Source: Dehalococcoidia bacterium
GTDB taxonomy: Bacteria; Chloroflexota; Dehalococcoidia; UBA6926
Direction: 5' to 3'
Length of the DNA: 64,000 nt
NCBI GenBank assembly: GCA_963666115.2
Contig: CAXXET010000004.1
Coordinates: forward strand, 352,001 to 416,000
Shown here piece by piece: positions 38,179 to 48,099 of the stretch. The position numbers were made by a program, and so were the translations under genes. The first letter of the stretch is position 1. The number at the start of each line of letters is the position of its first letter. Under the pieces are notes generated by a model. The model worked only from the letters and a program-made list of their open reading frames with translations, had not been told where the DNA came from and searched no databases.

Positions 38179-40122
38179 CTACACGTACTCCTTGACGCGT
38201 TCGGCGAGGCGTTTTGTCATGCCGGGGGCGGCTGAGAGGTCATCGATGGCGGCTTCGCGGATGGCGTCGAGGCTGCCGAAGTGGCGCATGAGCATTCGCT
38301 TACGGCGCGGGCCGATGCCCGGCACCGCGTCAAGCATCGATTCCATCCCCTTCTTTTGGCGCACGCCGCGATGGAACGTGATGGCAAACCGGTGGGCTTC
38401 GTCACGGGCGCGCTGGACAAGATAGAGGGCGGGGGACGTGCGCGGCAGCATGATCGATTCCGCCATCTCCGGCAGGAAGACTTCTTCTTCCTGCTTGGCC
38501 AACGACGCGAGCGGTATCTGGTGAAGGCCAAGCTCGACGCGCATCACCTCAGCGACGGCGTTGAGCTGCCCCTTTCCGCCATCGATCAAGACGAGGTCGG
38601 GCAGCGTCATGAACGAGCCGTCTGCTGTTTGCTTCTTCGCGCCGCTCCCATCGGCCTTGGCGCGAGCCGGGGCCGACTTGAACTGCGCCATGACTTCCTC
38701 GGCGTCCTCGGCTGACGACGCAAGGCCGCGGGCGGCGCTGCCCAACGCGCCGGAACGCTGGAACCGGCGGCGTATGACCTCCTGGAGGGAGGCGAAATCA
38801 TTCGCGCCCTCCACCGTCTTGATCCTGAAGCGGCGGTAGTGATCCTTGAGTGGCTGGCCGTCCTGGAACACGACCATGGACGCGACTGAGTTCGTTCCCT
38901 GGGTGTTGGAAATGTCGTAGCACTCAATGCGGCGGGGGAGTTCAGGCAGGTTGAGCTGCTCCTTGAGCTCCGCCAAAGCCGTTTCGGTAGCGGCCTCATC
39001 CGCGAGCACCTTGACGCGAAGGGCTTCAAGGCCCTGCAGGGCGTTTTCGGCAACGAGTTCCAACAGTTTCCTGCGCTCGCCGCGCTGCGGGACGATGAGC
39101 CGCACTTTCCGGCCCTCCCGCCGCTCCTCCAGCCATTCAGTGATGGCAGGGCCATCGGCGACGGGCGCTTGCGTCAGGATGCGGGGCGGCACGACGGGGC
39201 TGTTCACATAGAACTGCTTGATAAAACCGGCCAGCACTTCGCCGTCGGTTTCGCCGAGCGTGCCGTCCAGCAGGAAATTGTCGCGCTCCAGCAGTTTCCC
39301 GCCGCGGACGAAGAAGACCTCCGCCCATGCCTCATTGCCGGCGCGGGCAATGGCGATGATGTCTTCGTCGACGGCGCGGGTGGAGACGGCCTTTTGCTCG
39401 GCGGAGACGCGGTTGATGGCGTTGAACTGGTCACGGAAGAACGCGGCGCGTTCGTATTCGAGGTTGTCAGAGGCGTCCATCATCTTGCGCTTGATGTCTC
39501 GCGCGATCGCGGCCTGCTTGCCCTCCAGGAACGCGGCGACCTGGCCGATGACATCCCGATAGTCCTCGTTGGATACCGCGCCGATGCAGGGGCCAAGGCA
39601 GCGCTTGATGTGGTAATCAAGGCACGGACGCGGGTCTGTGCCCGTGATCTCCTTGGTGCAGGAGCGATAGGGAAACAGCTTGTTGAGCAGGTCCAGAGTC
39701 TTGCGGACACTCGACGCGCTGGCATAGGGGCCGAAATAGCGCGCGCCGTCGTCCTGCATCCGCCGAGTGATGTACACGCGCGGCCACTCTTCACGCACGT
39801 CGATCTTGAGATAGGGATAGGTCTTGTCGTCCTTGAGGCGGACGTTGAACCGGGGCTTATGGCGCTTGATGAGCGTGTTTTCGAGGATCAGCGCCTCAGC
39901 CTCCGTTGTCGTGACGATGCAGTCGATGTCTGAGGCGCGCTGGGCGATCTGGAATGCCTTTGTGCCCGGCGTCACAGCGTCAGAGCCGAAATAGGACCGG
40001 ACGCGGTTGCGGAGGACGGCGGCCTTGCCGACGTAGATGGGCTTGTTGCGCGCGTCGCGAAAGATGTAGACGCCGGGTTGCGTGGGCAGGCCGCGGGCGA
40101 CCTTGGCGAGATCAACGCTCAT
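38179..40122 (-). CDS. uvrC: Excinuclease ABC subunit C
   Basis: PGVY...YVGKA..LR.RV.SYF (GIY-YIG), RIECYDISN, PDLVLIDGGKGQ, RDEAHRFAI and HhH GIGP. Confidence 0.97.
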   Translation of the reverse strand: MSVDLAKVARGLPTQPGVYIFRDARNKPIYVGKAAVLRNRVRSYFGSDAVTPGTKAFQIAQRASDIDCIVTTTEAEALILENTLIKRHKPRFNVRLKDDKTYPYLKIDVREEWPRVYITRRMQDDGARYFGPYASASSVRKTLDLLNKLFPYRSCTKEITGTDPRPCLDYHIKRCLGPCIGAVSNEDYRDVIGQVAAFLEGKQAAIARDIKRKMMDASDNLEYERAAFFRDQFNAINRVSAEQKAVSTRAVDEDIIAIARAGNEAWAEVFFVRGGKLLERDNFLLDGTLGETDGEVLAGFIKQFYVNSPVVPPRILTQAPVADGPAITEWLEERREGRKVRLIVPQRGERRKLLELVAENALQGLEALRVKVLADEAATETALAELKEQLNLPELPRRIECYDISNTQGTNSVASMVVFQDGQPLKDHYRRFRIKTVEGANDFASLQEVIRRRFQRSGALGSAARGLASSAEDAEEVMAQFKSAPARAKADGSGAKKQTADGSFMTLPDLVLIDGGKGQLNAVAEVMRVELGLHQIPLASLAKQEEEVFLPEMAESIMLPRTSPALYLVQRARDEAHRFAITFHRGVRQKKGMESMLDAVPGIGPRRKRMLMRHFGSLDAIREAAIDDLSAAPGMTKRLAERVKEYV

Positions 40123-40130
40123 GGCCGCTG

Positions 40131-40520
40131 CTAGAGGAAGACTGCGGCGGCGGCAAGGGCAACGGCAGTAACAACGGCGGCAAGGCCGATGGAGCGCAGG
40201 TCCCTGACGGAATCACGGCGGATTCGCTCTTCACGCTGCGCTTCAAGGGCGCGGGCGGAGGACGTGGCTCCACGTCGGAGCGCGCCGACTCCCCTGCCCC
40301 TTGCCTGCACGCCGCCTTGCGCGGCTGCGGGCGGCTGGGGCTGCGCGGCGGCAACGGGTTCGGCGTCCACCAGCGCGGCGTCTTCGCTGGCGGCAGTGGG
40401 GCTGCCGGCGCGGGCGGCTCTAACGATGCGCCCGGGCGAGACCGGCGGGGCCGGGCGGGGGCGGCGTTCGGCGGGCGCGCCGCGTCGTCTTCGATCACGT
40501 CTGCTTGGTTTGCCAGGCAT
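40131..40520 (-). CDS. Hypothetical protein with C-terminal TM helix
   Basis: Basic, disordered N-terminus then DLR.IG plus hydrophobic tail; fits the co-directional gene run. Confidence 0.55.
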   Translation of the reverse strand: MPGKPSRRDRRRRGAPAERRPRPAPPVSPGRIVRAARAGSPTAASEDAALVDAEPVAAAQPQPPAAAQGGVQARGRGVGALRRGATSSARALEAQREERIRRDSVRDLRSIGLAAVVTAVALAAAAVFL

Positions 40521-40564
40521 TATTTCGTCTCCCCGTTTCCCGCGCTGCTTCGACCAAGTTCACC

Positions 40565-41278
40565 TTAAGTGTCATCGCAAAGGAGTTGTTCGTCCAGAGC
40601 GCGCGCGCCCGTCGAAACCATTTGGGCGTAGTGTTTGATGTCCAGCCTATCGACGCGGAGCACCATATCAAACCAACTGGGGTCAAAGGGATCGACACCG
40701 AAGAACTTTCTCAGGAAGGCCTGGCGGTGGTGTTCCTGATCATCGACCTCCCGGCGCGCTTCGTCCGCCGACAAGCTGTTGCGGTTGGCCCAGCGTTCAA
40801 TGCGGGCGTCACGGGGGGCCAGGGCGAGGACGTTGAAGACGCGGGGGTTGTTCCTGAGGATATACGTGGCTCCCCTGCCGATGATGACGACGCGGGGCAG
40901 GCGGGCAAGCTCCTGGATGATCTCCGTGGTCACTTCGAGGAAGCGCTGATCATCCAGGGTCTGTTCATCGGTGCGCGGCTCCGCAGCGGCTTGCTCATAG
41001 GTGCGGGAGAGGATCGGCTCGCCGCTCATGTAGGGATCAGCAGTGTAGCTCGCAGCGGATCGCTGAATGAACGTCTGAAAGACGCGGGCGATGCGATCAG
41101 TCAGGCTGTCAACGCGCATGTCACGCGCATCCCATTCTTCAATGCTCATGCCGGTGCGGCTCGCCGCCTCGCTGAGGAGGAAGTTATCGACGAATTCGGC
41201 TTCGATCTGGCTGGCGACTTCCTGGCCGATGTCCTGACCGCCGCTGCCGATCTGCCCCGCAATCGCTATAACAGCCAT
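40565..41278 (-). CDS. Cytidylate kinase-like family protein
   Basis: VIAIAGQIGSGG..IG, VIIGRGA and FDMVL; AGGAGG RBS before MAVIAI. Confidence 0.88.
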   Translation of the reverse strand: MAVIAIAGQIGSGGQDIGQEVASQIEAEFVDNFLLSEAASRTGMSIEEWDARDMRVDSLTDRIARVFQTFIQRSAASYTADPYMSGEPILSRTYEQAAAEPRTDEQTLDDQRFLEVTTEIIQELARLPRVVIIGRGATYILRNNPRVFNVLALAPRDARIERWANRNSLSADEARREVDDQEHHRQAFLRKFFGVDPFDPSWFDMVLRVDRLDIKHYAQMVSTGARALDEQLLCDDT

Positions 41279-41303
41279 GGCTCCTCCTGTGCTCCGGGAA
41301 ACG

Positions 41304-42254
41304 CTATCCGGCCGGGACGGCGTCGCGCTCTCGCTCACGTCCGTAGCGGGCGCGGGGGTGGGCACGGTCGTACTCGTCACGCAGTTGGTCATGGGCAAGG
41401 CGCGTGTAGATCTGCGTGGTGGAGATGCTCGAATGGCCGAGCAGCTCCTGCACGTGGCGCAGGGCCGCGCCGCCGCGCAGCAGGTGTGTTGCGAAACTAT
41501 GGCGGAGGGTGTGCGGCGTGATGCTGTGCGTGATGCCGGCCTCAGCCGCAAGCGATTTGAGCAGGAGCCAGAAGCCCTGCCGCGTGAGCCGGTTGCCGCG
41601 TCGATTCAGGAACAACGCGGGCTCGTCACGACGGCGGCGGAGCTTGGGACGGGCGTCATCAATGTACGCCCGCAAGGCGCGGATGGCCTCCGGGTAGACG
41701 GGGATAATGCGCTCCTTGTAGCCCTTGCCGCGGCATCGTACATAACCTTCGTCAAGATTGACGTCAGCGACGCTCAGGGACACGAGTTCCGAGACGCGCA
41801 TCCCCGTCGCGTAGAGGAGTTCAAGCATGGCGGATGCGCGCATGGACTCGGGTGAAGTTTTGCCGCGCGGCTGGTTCAGGAGCGCTTCGACTTCATCAAC
41901 GCCGAGGGGCGAGGGCAGCGCCCTGCCCACCTTTGGAGAACTGAGTCCCTCCGAGGGGTCAGCATCGATTTGGTCGTGGGTAATCAAGTAGTTGAAGAAG
42001 GACTTCACGGCGGCGATTTTGCGCGCGATGGTGGTGGCGGCGTACTCCCGGGCCTTGAGGTCGCTGACGAATCCGAGGAGGTGATCGCGTGAGACATCCG
42101 CCCAGGAATCCACAGCCTCCAGGCTGTCAGACGGGGCGGCAACCCACTCCGACAGCTGGGCGATGTCGCTGCGGTAGGCCTCGGACGTGTTGACGGAGAA
42201 GCCCTTGATGGTGGTGAGGTAAACGAGGAAGTCCCGCACACCCTGTTCAAGCAT
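41304..42254 (-). CDS. xerD: Site-specific tyrosine recombinase XerD
   Basis: LELLYATGMRVSEL, GKG.KER, LTRQG.W, TPHTLRHSFATHLL and LLGHSSISTTQIY. Confidence 0.9.
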   Translation of the reverse strand: MLEQGVRDFLVYLTTIKGFSVNTSEAYRSDIAQLSEWVAAPSDSLEAVDSWADVSRDHLLGFVSDLKAREYAATTIARKIAAVKSFFNYLITHDQIDADPSEGLSSPKVGRALPSPLGVDEVEALLNQPRGKTSPESMRASAMLELLYATGMRVSELVSLSVADVNLDEGYVRCRGKGYKERIIPVYPEAIRALRAYIDDARPKLRRRRDEPALFLNRRGNRLTRQGFWLLLKSLAAEAGITHSITPHTLRHSFATHLLRGGAALRHVQELLGHSSISTTQIYTRLAHDQLRDEYDRAHPRARYGRERERDAVPAG

Positions 42255-42413
42255 CGGCGAAGCCGTCCTTATCGACTAGTTATTGAATGCATTACGTCAC
42301 GTCAAGAGAATAGTATCACGATGCGCGGAGGGCAGGATCGGCGGATGCCGGGGCGCTGATTCGTCAGATGTAGCGGAGGGGGCATAGAATAGTGGGACGG
42401 GAGGTAGCGCAGG

Positions 42414-43280
42414 TTGAACGTTTTCGCCGCCATCAACATTGGGATTGATCCGACAATTTTCGAGATTGGCCCGTTCCTCGTGACGTGGCACGGTTTCTTC
42501 ACGGCGCTCGGCATTATCGCCGTCGTGATCTGGGCCGTGTACATGGGCCGCAAGCACGGCATCCACGAGGACGCCGTTTACGGGACGGCTGTGTGGGCGG
42601 TGCTGGGCGGGCTGATCGGCGCCCGGCTGGTTCACGTCGTCGATAACTGGGATTACTACATCCAGGACCCCATTCTCATCCTCCGCATTTACGAGGGCGG
42701 CATCGGGCTGCTGGGCGGGATTTTGGGCGCGACGCTTGCGGGAACATTCTACGCGTGGCGGCATCGCTATCCCGTGGGGCGCATGGTTGACCTAGTCACG
42801 CCGGGGCTGCTGCTCGGCATGTTCATCGGACGTTTCGGAGACATCATCAACGGCGAGCACCTGGGCGAAACGCTGGTGCGGCCGTGGGCGTTTCTGTATA
42901 CGCACCCGGGCAGCCCGGCGAACGGCGAGGGGCCGATGCACCCCGTGATTGTGTACGAGATGGCGCTCGACGCCTTCATCGGCATCGCGACGTATTTCAT
43001 GATCGGGCGGCTGCGCCCCGACGGCTCGGTCTTCTACATGTACCTGCTGATGTACGGGCTTGGCCGCTTTGTGATCCAATTCATGCGGCGAGACCCGGTG
43101 TGGTTCCTGGGGCTCCAGCAAGCGCATCTGCTGGCGATTTTGCTGGTGGTGGTCGCGTTGGCGTTCCTGATTACACGGGTGCGGCTGGCCGGGCCGGATG
43201 ACGAGGGCGGCGACGCGGATGACGCCAGCGGGGACGATGATGAAGAGGCGGCGGGAGAGGAGCAGGCGGCGACGGCTTAG
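42414..43280 (+). CDS. lgt: Prolipoprotein diacylglyceryl transferase
   Basis: GIDP, WHG, GARL, EGG, GRFGDIINGE, HP...YE and GRF..QF.R. Confidence 0.92.
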   Translation: MNVFAAINIGIDPTIFEIGPFLVTWHGFFTALGIIAVVIWAVYMGRKHGIHEDAVYGTAVWAVLGGLIGARLVHVVDNWDYYIQDPILILRIYEGGIGLLGGILGATLAGTFYAWRHRYPVGRMVDLVTPGLLLGMFIGRFGDIINGEHLGETLVRPWAFLYTHPGSPANGEGPMHPVIVYEMALDAFIGIATYFMIGRLRPDGSVFYMYLLMYGLGRFVIQFMRRDPVWFLGLQQAHLLAILLVVVALAFLITRVRLAGPDDEGGDADDASGDDDEEAAGEEQAATA

Positions 43281-43285
43281 GGGGA

Positions 43286-43311
43286 GGATTCTTCGCTACG
43301 CTCAGAATGAC
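43286..43311 (+). repeat. REP family B copy
   Basis: GGATTCTTCGCTACGCTCAGAATGAC; supplies the last codons and stop (SF*) of recJ. Confidence 0.9.
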
Positions 43312-45005
43312 ATGCGCGCTGGGCGGAAATCCTGGATGTTGAGTTCCAGCGTGGGGGGGCGGTTGGCGTTTGGGCCGCCGTCGTTCTCCTGGAATTGGAA
43401 GGCTACGTCGATTTCTCCTTGGGCCTGGCCGGCGTTATCACCCTGTCGGAAGGCGATTGCGTTCCACTCCCTGTCCGAGCCGAGTTCCGCCAGCAAGAGA
43501 CGCAAATGTGAGCCGTCCCCTACTCTTCGGGCCGACGTGACGCGCATGTTTTTCGCAAGGAACACCGGCTTCCTGTTGCCCTCGCCGAACGGTTCAAGCT
43601 TGGCCATGTGAGAGTTGAGGTCCGCGGCGATGCGGGCAGGCGCGCCCTCGGCGTCAATGGCAAGCACGGGACGCAGGTCGACGCCGTCCAGGGACTTGGC
43701 GGCCAGATCGCGCAGCCTGTCGCGGAATGCGGGGAGATTGCTTTCGAGGGCGGAGAAGCCGGCGGCGCGATGGTGGCCGCCGAAACGGGTGAGCAGTTCT
43801 GAGCATTGCTTGAGTGCGCCATCAACGTCGAACTCCTCGATGCTGCGGGCGGAGCCGCGGAGCAGGCCGTCGCCGTAGGTGGAATAGACGAAGCTTGGGC
43901 GGTAAAACTCATCCACGAGCCGGCCCGCCACGAGTCCCACGATTCCTGCGGGAATATCGGGCGCCCCGGCGACAATCACGGGGGCGTCGATATCCTGATC
44001 GCTCATGCGCTCCCGGACGTTCTTGTACGCCTCTTCCGTGAGTTCCCGGCGTCGCTGATTGAGTTCGTCAAGGTGAACGGCGAGAGTCCGGGCCTCATCC
44101 TCGTCCGCCGTGGAAAGCAGGCGCAGGGCATCATTTGCGTGGGTGAGGCGGCCGGCGGCATTGAGGCGCGGGGCGATCTGAAAGGCGATGTCCTCCGCCG
44201 TGATGCGCGCAAGCGGGCGGTTGGCAATTGCGGCGAGGATGCGGATGCCGGGGCGCCGGGAGTCACGCATCGTATTCAGGCCCTCGTTGACCAGGTAGCG
44301 GTTCTCCTCGATCAGGGGGGCGACGTCCGCGACGGTGCCGAGCGCCACGAGTTCCAGGAGGGAGTCCGGCAACTCCCGGTCGAGCTCCTGGTGGAGTCCC
44401 TGGGCGAGTTTATAGGCAACGCCCACGCCGGCCAGCTTGGGCGACGGGTACTTGGAGTCACGCCGCATGGGGTTAACGACGGCGGCAAAATCGGGCAGAC
44501 CATCGCCGGGCATGTGGTGGTCTGTGACAATGATGTCCATGCCTCTCGGCGGGGCTGCGCCGTCATTGACACCGCCGACGCCGCAGTCCGCCGTGATGAC
44601 AAGCGCGCAGCCCTGATCATGGAGAGACTTGAGGGCGGCTCGATTGATGCCGTGTCCCTCGGTACGGTCAGGGATGTAGGGCGTGACGAACAGGCCGAGG
44701 TGTTGGAGCGCCTCCATCAAGAGCGCCGTGCCGGTGACGCCGTCTGAATCGAAATCGCCGTAGATTCCGATCTTTTCACCGGCGAACATGGCCTGTCGGA
44801 CACGGTGGATTGCGGCATCCATGCCGGGGATGTCGGTTGAGTTTCCGCTCAGGCGCTCATCGGGGCGGAGGAAGAGGTCGGCGTCGGCGACTGTCTCTAT
44901 ACCGCGATTGGCGAGCACCTGGCGGAGATACGGGGGAAAGGCGACGAGGGCTTCACGGGCGTGGGGGGAGGGCGGGTCAGGGAGGAGCCAGCGGCGCTCA
45001 GTCAT
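43302..45005 (-). CDS. recJ: ssDNA-specific exonuclease RecJ
   Basis: YGDFDSDG, ITADCG, TDHH, LGTVADV, PRLNAAGR, GSARS, GGH..AAG and LEPFGEGN. Confidence 0.96.
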   Translation of the reverse strand: MTERRWLLPDPPSPHAREALVAFPPYLRQVLANRGIETVADADLFLRPDERLSGNSTDIPGMDAAIHRVRQAMFAGEKIGIYGDFDSDGVTGTALLMEALQHLGLFVTPYIPDRTEGHGINRAALKSLHDQGCALVITADCGVGGVNDGAAPPRGMDIIVTDHHMPGDGLPDFAAVVNPMRRDSKYPSPKLAGVGVAYKLAQGLHQELDRELPDSLLELVALGTVADVAPLIEENRYLVNEGLNTMRDSRRPGIRILAAIANRPLARITAEDIAFQIAPRLNAAGRLTHANDALRLLSTADEDEARTLAVHLDELNQRRRELTEEAYKNVRERMSDQDIDAPVIVAGAPDIPAGIVGLVAGRLVDEFYRPSFVYSTYGDGLLRGSARSIEEFDVDGALKQCSELLTRFGGHHRAAGFSALESNLPAFRDRLRDLAAKSLDGVDLRPVLAIDAEGAPARIAADLNSHMAKLEPFGEGNRKPVFLAKNMRVTSARRVGDGSHLRLLLAELGSDREWNAIAFRQGDNAGQAQGEIDVAFQFQENDGGPNANRPPTLELNIQDFRPARMSF

Positions 45006-46239
45006 CAAAGCGGCGGAAGATGATGGCGGTGTTGTGGCCGCCGAAGCCGAAGGTGTTGGAGAGGGCGCTGTTGACGGGACCGGAATGGGCATTGTGCGGC
45101 GTGTAATTCAGGTCGCAATCGGGGTCTGCGTTTTCGAGGTTGATGGTGGGGGGGATTTGGTCGTTGGCGACGGCAAGGGCGCAGATGGCGGCTTCGAGCG
45201 CGCCGCCCGCGCCGAGCAGGTGTCCGTGCATCGACTTCGTGGATGAGATCGGCACGGAGTAGGCGGCTTCGCCAAAGACGGTCTTGATGGCCTTGGTTTC
45301 CTCGCGGTCGTTGATGGGCGTGGACGTGCCGTGGGCGTTGATGTAGCCGAGTTCGCCGGGTGTGATGTCTGCGCGGTCGAGGGCCTTGCGCATGGCGCGC
45401 ACCGCGCCCTCGCCGTTCTCCGCAGGGTGCGTGATGTGGTAGGCATCGGCGGTGGAGGCAAAGCCGGAGAGTTCGGCAATGACGTTCGCGCCGCGCGCCT
45501 TCGCGTGCTCGAGGTCTTCGAGCACCAGCACGCACGCGCCCTCGCCCATGACAAAGCCGTCGCGATCACTATCAAAGGGCCGGGACGCCTGCGCGGGTTT
45601 GTCGTTGCGCTTGGTGGACAATGCGCCCGCCTGGCTGAAACCGGCGAACGCGATGGGGGTGATGGTGGCCTCGGCGCCGCCCGCCAATGCGACTTTAGCG
45701 TCGCCGCGCCGGATGAGATCAGCCGCCGCACCGATGGAGTCGGAGCCGGAGCAACATGAGGACGTGACGGAGTAGGCAGGGCCGCGCGCGCCGAGGGCGA
45801 TGGACACTTTTGCCGCGCCCATCTCCGTGACCATCATGGGCATGAGGAAGGGGCTGACGCGGTTGGGGCCGCGGGTGGAGAGGGTTTCGACGGCGTTCTG
45901 GACGGTGCCGATGCCGCCGTAGCCGCTGCCGATGATGGTTGCGACATCATTGCGGTTGTCGTCGGTGACTTCCAGGCCGGACTCCTTGACGGCCTGATCG
46001 GCGGCGGCCATCGCGAACTGGATATAGCGGTCGGTCTGCCGGACTTCCTTGCGGTCCATGAAGCCGGACGGGTCAAAGTCCTTGACCTCGCAGGCGATGG
46101 TCGTGGGGAACGGCTCGACGTCAAAGAGGGAGACGGTGTCCGCGCCCGACTGCCCGGCGAGCAGGGATTCCCACGTGGTCTGCGTATCAAGGCCGAGGGG
46201 CGTCACCATGCCGACGCCGGTCACAACGATTCGAGTCAC
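44998..46239 (-). CDS. fabF: 3-oxoacyl-ACP synthase II
   Basis: VVTGVG, catalytic Cys (TSSCCSG), GFVMGEGA, NAHGTST, STKSMHGHLLGA and NTFGFGGHN. Confidence 0.96.
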   Translation of the reverse strand: MTRIVVTGVGMVTPLGLDTQTTWESLLAGQSGADTVSLFDVEPFPTTIACEVKDFDPSGFMDRKEVRQTDRYIQFAMAAADQAVKESGLEVTDDNRNDVATIIGSGYGGIGTVQNAVETLSTRGPNRVSPFLMPMMVTEMGAAKVSIALGARGPAYSVTSSCCSGSDSIGAAADLIRRGDAKVALAGGAEATITPIAFAGFSQAGALSTKRNDKPAQASRPFDSDRDGFVMGEGACVLVLEDLEHAKARGANVIAELSGFASTADAYHITHPAENGEGAVRAMRKALDRADITPGELGYINAHGTSTPINDREETKAIKTVFGEAAYSVPISSTKSMHGHLLGAGGALEAAICALAVANDQIPPTINLENADPDCDLNYTPHNAHSGPVNSALSNTFGFGGHNTAIIFRRFDD

Positions 46240-46385
46240 TCTTTCTCACTCCTATAGACGATTCTCCGCGCTTGAGGCCGCTGCTGGCGCGGCTAGGTAG
46301 ATGATACGGGGGTGGGCGGGGTGGGGACAAGGTGGGGGAGGTGTTGGCCTTCGCCGAATGCGCGTCCATCCCCTATACTGAACTC

Positions 46386-46781
46386 ATGACGCGCGCTGAC
46401 AGACTCCGCGAGAACATCGACAAGTACAGCCGGCAGGCTGACATGTACATGACTCAGGCGAGCGAAGAGCTTGCTCGAGGCGATTTACGTCAGGCAAGCG
46501 AGAAAGCCTGGGGCGCGGCGACGCAGATCTCCAAAGCAGTGGCAACGCAGCGGAGATGGCGGCATGGGCGGCGCACAGATTTTGACGGGATCGTCGTTCG
46601 GGTTCTTGAGGAAACCCGCGATGACGAAATACCCTCGCTCTTCGGCCTGGCCGACCAACTGCACGTTCATTTCTATGAAGGCCATCTCAGGGACGAGCTG
46701 GTAGATGTCTATGTCCGGCAAATGCCACGGTTCGTGGAGAAGATGCGGGAGTTCCTGAGCGGCGGGGGACAGGTTAGTTAG
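46386..46781 (+). CDS. PaREP1 family protein (HEPN-like)
   Basis: GDLRQASEKAWGA and A..LH.HFYE motifs. Confidence 0.85.
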   Translation: MTRADRLRENIDKYSRQADMYMTQASEELARGDLRQASEKAWGAATQISKAVATQRRWRHGRRTDFDGIVVRVLEETRDDEIPSLFGLADQLHVHFYEGHLRDELVDVYVRQMPRFVEKMREFLSGGGQVS

Positions 46782-47591
46782 ATGACTGGTTCACGATTGC
46801 TTGGGCCGCTGATTGATGCCATTGAGACGGCGAGACGGCAGATGCTTGAGCGGCGTCGAGACCTTGCTGGCAACGAGATTCGAACAAGGAATGCGCTGAT
46901 AGATCCGATTTTGGGCGCGTTGGACTGGAATGTGTCCAACCCCTCGCAGGTCACAACAGAATATGAACTCCCTAGCGGACGCGTCGACTATGCGCTCTTG
47001 GGAAAGAACGGCAAAGCCGCGGCCATAATCGAGGCAAAGAGACTGGGAGAAGACTTGGGAGCGAAGCCTCGGAGTCAACTGGTGCGTTACGCCTACGAGT
47101 CCAGACCGTCATATGCTGTCCTCACTGACGGTGATGTTTGGGAGATCTATTCCGTCGAAGCAAGCGAGGGTGAATTCCATCTGCGGGAAGCAGTAAGGTG
47201 CATACTCTCTGAAAGCGACCCGCTACAATCGGCGCGGGAACTGCTTGTATTATGGCAAGCCAATATGGAGTCAGGTCAGCCGGCGGAGGTCGAGACTCCG
47301 ACTGGTGGGCTTCCAAGCAATGAGGGGGATTCCAATTTACCCAATAATACCGGGGGCGGAGGCACGAACGCGGACTCCAAGAGCGAAGACACGGATGTGC
47401 CGGGGCCTGACGAGCCTCAACCATCGCGCGGCTCCGGTCAGATTGAGCAGTGGCGTCTCAAGTACACCCTAAAGTTGCTCGACCATGGACTTACGCGCAA
47501 ACAGATTGCTAGTGCAATGGGTATCTCTCCTTATTACACATACTACCTTACCAAGAAGGCTCGCGAGCGACGCGAGGCAGGAGAGTTATAG
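46782..47591 (+). CDS. Restriction endonuclease-like protein (HsdR N-terminal-type PD-(D/E)XK domain, linker, C-terminal HTH)
   Basis: NE..TR..LIDPIL..L.W, EY, GRVDYAL, IIEAKR, QL.RYA and LTDG..W; C-terminus GLTRKQIASAMGIS. Confidence 0.8.
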   Translation: MTGSRLLGPLIDAIETARRQMLERRRDLAGNEIRTRNALIDPILGALDWNVSNPSQVTTEYELPSGRVDYALLGKNGKAAAIIEAKRLGEDLGAKPRSQLVRYAYESRPSYAVLTDGDVWEIYSVEASEGEFHLREAVRCILSESDPLQSARELLVLWQANMESGQPAEVETPTGGLPSNEGDSNLPNNTGGGGTNADSKSEDTDVPGPDEPQPSRGSGQIEQWRLKYTLKLLDHGLTRKQIASAMGISPYYTYYLTKKARERREAGEL

Positions 47592-47628
47592 GGCGCACAT
47601 TCGGTCTCCTAGTCATCGGCACGAACCC

Positions 47629-47991
47629 ATGAACGTTGAAACACGCCCCTACGTTGATCGTTGCGCCCACTATCTTGTACAGGCGACAGAGGAGCTTGGG
47701 CGGGGGGATTCTTTGCAGGCAAGCGAGAAGGGGTGGGGGGCAACCGCGCAGATCATCAAGGCTGTCGCCGAAGAGCGCGGATGGGAGCATATCCGCCATG
47801 CGCAGCTCATCGGGATCGTGCGCCGCGTGGTTGAGGAGACGGGGGATCAAGACCTTTGGGCCGCATTTGGCATGGCTCGGAATCTGCACGAGAATTTCTA
47901 CGAGGGCGAGATGGGTGAGAACGACGTGGACACGCATCTTGGCCAGATAAGCTGGTTTGTGGAGCGTATGCGTGGGCTGATTGACGATTAG
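47629..47991 (+). CDS. PaREP1 family protein, second paralog
   Basis: GDSLQASEKGWGA and ARNLHENFYE. Confidence 0.87.
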   Translation: MNVETRPYVDRCAHYLVQATEELGRGDSLQASEKGWGATAQIIKAVAEERGWEHIRHAQLIGIVRRVVEETGDQDLWAAFGMARNLHENFYEGEMGENDVDTHLGQISWFVERMRGLIDD

Positions 47992-48011
47992 TCCCCCCTC
48001 AGGGAGAGGGG
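47992..48011. repeat. Remnant of REP family D
   Basis: TCCCCCCTCAGGGAGAGGGG directly after the PaREP1 stop; resembles 2178-2214. Confidence 0.4.
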
Positions 48012-48099
48012 ATTCTGAATTCCCGCTACACTGGTGACAGCAGATGCCCGTTCAGGCGGGGATTTTGGTGTTTAAGCGGAGTGCGCGTGGAGGTCTCGG

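Noticed and set aside
38610-38760. Low-complexity insertion in UvrC
   Set aside because: Falls in a known variable loop before PDLxLIDGG; not notable.
41304-42310. Tyrosine recombinase as a mobile-element integrase, and a dif-like site upstream
   Set aside because: The protein has housekeeping XerD motifs in a core-gene context; the upstream AT-rich tract matches dif only weakly.
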